A DNA stretch of 64,000 bases from Planctomycetota bacterium (GTDB lineage Bacteria > Planctomycetota > MHYJ01 > WSZJ01), in NCBI GenBank assembly GCA_038060895.1, contig JBBTCT010000009.1:176082-240081 (forward strand), written 5' to 3'. The notes beneath the pieces are model-generated. The model had not been told where the DNA came from, ran no database searches, and saw only the letters and a list, made by a program, of their open reading frames with translations. A program made the translations under genes and the position numbers. Positions 60,872-64,000 of this stretch are shown piece after piece. How positions within the stretch are numbered: position 1 is the stretch's first letter; each line of letters starts with the position of its first letter.

Positions 60872-62029
60872 ATGGATGACCTGAAAGACCTCGCCAACCT
60901 GGGGAAACCTGACGAATCGGGGCAGCAGCAGGCCTGGAAGGACATGGAGAAGTTGTTCATCGCCATGACCAAGAACAAGGCGAGCGACCTGCACCTCAAG
61001 CCGGGGATGCGTCCCGTGTTCCGCATCGCGACGGTGCTTCATGACGTCGGGAACCGGCCGCTGAAATACGACGAAGTGAAGCGGATGATCTACGAAATCC
61101 TTTCCGAGTCGCAGATCGACCAGTACGAGCGCGAGCTGGACCTCGATTTTGCGTATTCGATCCAGGGGTACGGGCGATATCGCGTGAACATTTTCCACGA
61201 CCGCGGCAACCCGGCGATGGCGGTCCGGCGCGTGAACACGGAAATCCCGAGCTTCGAGATGCTGAATCTCCCGCCGGGCGTGAAGAAGATTCCGACATTC
61301 AACCAGGGGCTGGTGATCGTGGCCGGCGCGACGGGCTCAGGGAAGTCCACGACGCTGGCGTCGATCCTGAATTACGTGAACGAGACGCGCAGGGTCCACA
61401 TCATCACGGTCGAGGACCCGATCGAGTACCTGTTCGAGGACAAGAAGTCGTTCCTCAACCAGCGCGAAGTCGGCATCGATGTCACCAGCTTCCAGAGCGC
61501 GCTCAAGCACGTCGTGCGCCAGAACCCCGACGTGATCCTCGTCGGCGAAATGCGCGACCACGCGTCGTTCGACGCGGCGCTTCAGGCCGCCGAAACGGGG
61601 CACCTCGTGTTCGGCACCATCCACGCCTCAAGCTCGGCGGGGACCGTCGGCCGAGTCCTCGATCTGTTCCCGACCGAGCGCCAGGACCTCATCCGGCAGG
61701 GACTCGTGTTCAACCTGAAGTGCATCGTCTGCCAGAAGCTGCTTCCGTCGTGCAAGGAAGGCGTCCGAATGGTTCCTGCGGTCGAGTTGCTGATGGTGAA
61801 CTCGACGGTTCAGAAAATGATCGCGCAGCGCGAGGACAAGAAGCTCAGCGACATCGTCCGCGGCGGCGCGGAAGAAGGCATGCAGGACTTCAACCAGTCG
61901 CTCGTCGCCCTCATTAACCAGGGCCTGATCACCAAGAAGGTCGGCCTCGCGTTCTCGCCGAACCCGGAGCAGTTGAAGATGAACCTGCAGGGGATTTACC
62001 TTGGAGAAGACCACAAGATCCTTGGGTAA
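60872..62029 (+). CDS. pilT: PilT/PilU family type IV pilus retraction ATPase
   Basis: ASDLHL, RYRVNIF, GATGSGKSTT, HIITVEDPIE, PDVILVGEMRD, AAETGHLVFGTIH, GMQDFNQSL; the AIRNLIRE motif is divergent, so it may be PilU-like. Confidence 0.9.
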   Translation: MDDLKDLANLGKPDESGQQQAWKDMEKLFIAMTKNKASDLHLKPGMRPVFRIATVLHDVGNRPLKYDEVKRMIYEILSESQIDQYERELDLDFAYSIQGYGRYRVNIFHDRGNPAMAVRRVNTEIPSFEMLNLPPGVKKIPTFNQGLVIVAGATGSGKSTTLASILNYVNETRRVHIITVEDPIEYLFEDKKSFLNQREVGIDVTSFQSALKHVVRQNPDVILVGEMRDHASFDAALQAAETGHLVFGTIHASSSAGTVGRVLDLFPTERQDLIRQGLVFNLKCIVCQKLLPSCKEGVRMVPAVELLMVNSTVQKMIAQREDKKLSDIVRGGAEEGMQDFNQSLVALINQGLITKKVGLAFSPNPEQLKMNLQGIYLGEDHKILG

Positions 62030-62066
62030 GGCAGTTCGTAGTAGGTAGTTGGAAGTGAGTAGTGAC

Positions 62067-62095
62067 AAGGGCCCTGCTTCGGCGGGGCCTTTTTT
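62067..62095 (+). terminator. Rho-independent terminator
   Basis: GGCCCTGC-TTCG-GCGGGGCC followed by TTTTTT. Confidence 0.88.
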
Positions 62096-62105
62096 CGTCC
62101 GAGCA

Positions 62106-63104
62106 CTAGTTGGCGAGCGGTGAATGACCGGCGTCCGGCGGTGTCGGAGGCGCGACTTTTTCAGCGCGGACCTCTGCCAACGCCTGACGAAGGGCGTCGT
62201 CCTCAGGATGGGACGCCAAGCGTGTTTCGCCGATCGCGATCGCCAGGTCGAAGCGGCGATCGGACCGAAGCAGAGCGAAGATTGCGAGCAGCGTCGGAGA
62301 TGATCGGGGATTGGGGAATAACTTCCGATACAGCCACCTGGCAAGGCGCCAGGACTTTGGAAGCAGATACAGCCCGAACAGGACGAGGAAAAACCAGATC
62401 GCGGCATTCGAACTACCAGGGGTCCTGATCCGATGGGAGACCACGACGCAGATCATCAAGAGCCCGACCATGACGAAGAGTGCCGTCGTGAAGGTCGAGG
62501 ATTGCCGCGACTTCTCGCGCGTTTCCAGTGCTCGCAGCAACGCGCGGTGATCTTGCAATTCCTCACGCTCCACGGGGGGAAGTGACTCCGGGGCAATCGC
62601 CTCGCACAGCAGGATGGCCTCATTCAGGTTACCCATCCTGGAGTTCAGCTTCGACAAGCGGTACCGCGTTCTCGAGTCACCCCCATCGGATTTCAGGGCG
62701 ACCTGAGCGAGTGCGATGGCTTCCGCTCGGAATCCGAAGAGGTCCAGTGCATCTACTATGTCTGTTGCGGGCGCGCCCGGAGCGAGGAGCACAGGGCGCA
62801 GCGTCATGACCACGGACAGCCCGGCCGCGACGAGGAGGAAGACAACGGCTGCAGCATTCAGCCACGGATACCAGACCGGAGGGACCCATGGCCTCGCAAT
62901 CCAGCACAGCAGTGATGCCGCAAAGTGCACTGCCCCGAGCCCTCTCCGAAGGTACTGCGAGTCTCCAGAGCGCTTTGATCGCCGGATGCCACGGAGAAGT
63001 GCGAGTCCCGCCCAGAAGATGACGAGGGACCCGACCAGGACCGAAACACCCCGGTAATCCTGCCAATACTCCGGATCGAGCAGATCCGCCAAGGCGCACT
63101 TCAC
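62106..63104 (-). CDS. membrane protein with TPR-like segments
   Basis: About 5 TM segments interleaved with TPR-like helices; GTG 6 nt after TGcTATGAT. Confidence 0.6.
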   Translation of the reverse strand: MKCALADLLDPEYWQDYRGVSVLVGSLVIFWAGLALLRGIRRSKRSGDSQYLRRGLGAVHFAASLLCWIARPWVPPVWYPWLNAAAVVFLLVAAGLSVVMTLRPVLLAPGAPATDIVDALDLFGFRAEAIALAQVALKSDGGDSRTRYRLSKLNSRMGNLNEAILLCEAIAPESLPPVEREELQDHRALLRALETREKSRQSSTFTTALFVMVGLLMICVVVSHRIRTPGSSNAAIWFFLVLFGLYLLPKSWRLARWLYRKLFPNPRSSPTLLAIFALLRSDRRFDLAIAIGETRLASHPEDDALRQALAEVRAEKVAPPTPPDAGHSPLAN

Positions 63105-63175
63105 GAGAAGATCATAGCAGCAAGTTGCGAGGGCCATTCCCAACTGCTCCCGCTTCTGGCATCCTCTCTCCCCGC

Positions 63176-64000
63176 ATGAAATTCTTCCGCGTCCGCCTTT
63201 CTTCTCCCGCCTCCTCCGCCGAGGATGCCGCCGCTTCGCTGGCGGAGGTCGGCTGCAGCGGCGTGCACATCAAGGAGGGCGAGCCTTCGATCCTCGAAGC
63301 GCACTTCATCAAGGAAGTTGCCACCGAGGCCGCGGCGGTCGCGACGGCCTGGGGCGCGAAGGTGGAGAGCGCGGAGTGGGTGGAAGAGGACGACTGGACG
63401 GATGCGTGGAAGAAGCGGGCTCTTCCGATGGTGATCGGGGGGTGGTATGTGCATCCGTCGTTCGAGGGGCCGAAGGCGGGGATGAGGAATCTGAAGATCG
63501 ACCCGGGGATGGCGTTCGGGTCGGGGGACCATGCGACGACGCGGCTGATGCTGCTGGAGATGGAAGAGATGGTGAAGGTGCGGCCGCTGGGGCGGGTGGT
63601 GGACCTGGGGACGGGCTCGGGGATTCTGGCGATGGCGGCGATCCAGCTCGGGGCGACGGAGGTCATCGCGTGCGACGTGGACCGGCGGGCGCTCGACGAG
63701 GCGAGGAAGAACGTGAAGGAGAACGGGATCGAGCGGGTGCACTTTCTGGAAGGATCGCTGTCAAAGTGTCCCGGGAAGTTCGACTCGATCATTGCGAACG
63801 TGACGACGGACGTGCACCTGAAGCGGAGCGGGGACTACCCGAAGAAACTGGCGCCGGGCGGGCGGGCGCGGCTGGGGGGAGTTCGTGCGGACGAGTCGGA
63901 TTCGGTGGCGTCGGTGACGGGGACGGAGCTGTCGCGGGCCTGTGAAGGGTGGACGGTGCTGAAGTATCCGGGGGAGGCGACGATGGCGCCGCCGCCGGAC
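63176..64000 (+). CDS. prmA: ribosomal protein L11 methyltransferase, runs off the right edge
   Basis: Manual translation: EEDDWTDAWK, IDPGMAFGSGDHATTRL, VVDLGTGSGILA, IIANV. Confidence 0.92.
   Translation, partial: MKFFRVRLSSPASSAEDAAASLAEVGCSGVHIKEGEPSILEAHFIKEVATEAAAVATAWGAKVESAEWVEEDDWTDAWKKRALPMVIGGWYVHPSFEGPKAGMRNLKIDPGMAFGSGDHATTRLMLLEMEEMVKVRPLGRVVDLGTGSGILAMAAIQLGATEVIACDVDRRALDEARKNVKENGIERVHFLEGSLSKCPGKFDSIIANVTTDVHLKRSGDYPKKLAPGGRARLGGVRADESDSVASVTGTELSRACEGWTVLKYPGEATMAPPPD

Noticed and set aside
63101-63945. ORFs listed near the right edge
   Set aside because: They are shadows of prmA, which the track omits because it has no stop within the window

Overview
High-GC bacterial chromosome segment, gene-dense and mostly housekeeping and envelope genes. 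Planctomycetota is a plausible source, inferred only from an orphan FtsQ-like gene, the style of the WD40 and Pro-rich secreted proteins, and the MoxR/DUF58/RDD/SpoIIM cluster. Recognisable genes: hslU, yidD, rnpA, uvrA, a tldD/pmbA pair, rtcA, tRNA-Leu(CAG), mqnE, an alpha-2-macroglobulin, a GlcD-like oxidase, ferredoxins, yidC, mnmE, nrdR, rfbB, a PilT/PilU ATPase and prmA (truncated). I saw no CRISPR array, rRNA, transposase or prophage. Most notable: (1) a DUF1223-type secreted thioredoxin-like gene between rnpA and yidD whose CxxC is encoded as TGA-x-x-TGC, followed by a bacterial-SECIS-like hairpin, i.e. a probable selenoprotein that the ORF track splits in two; (2) an ATPase-less protein built from three degenerate PilT N-terminal domains directly upstream of pilT; (3) a redox module of two ferredoxins plus a truncated third, a YHS/Ig-like/class II cytochrome c fusion and a cytochrome c/FMN-bind-like/cytochrome c protein with a candidate sigma-54 promoter; (4) an 11-gene MoxR operon with three B-box-like zinc-finger membrane proteins; (5) widespread -10 boxes 6-10 nt before start codons, suggesting leaderless or short-leader mRNAs. 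All family assignments are by eye from motifs; no database searches were run.
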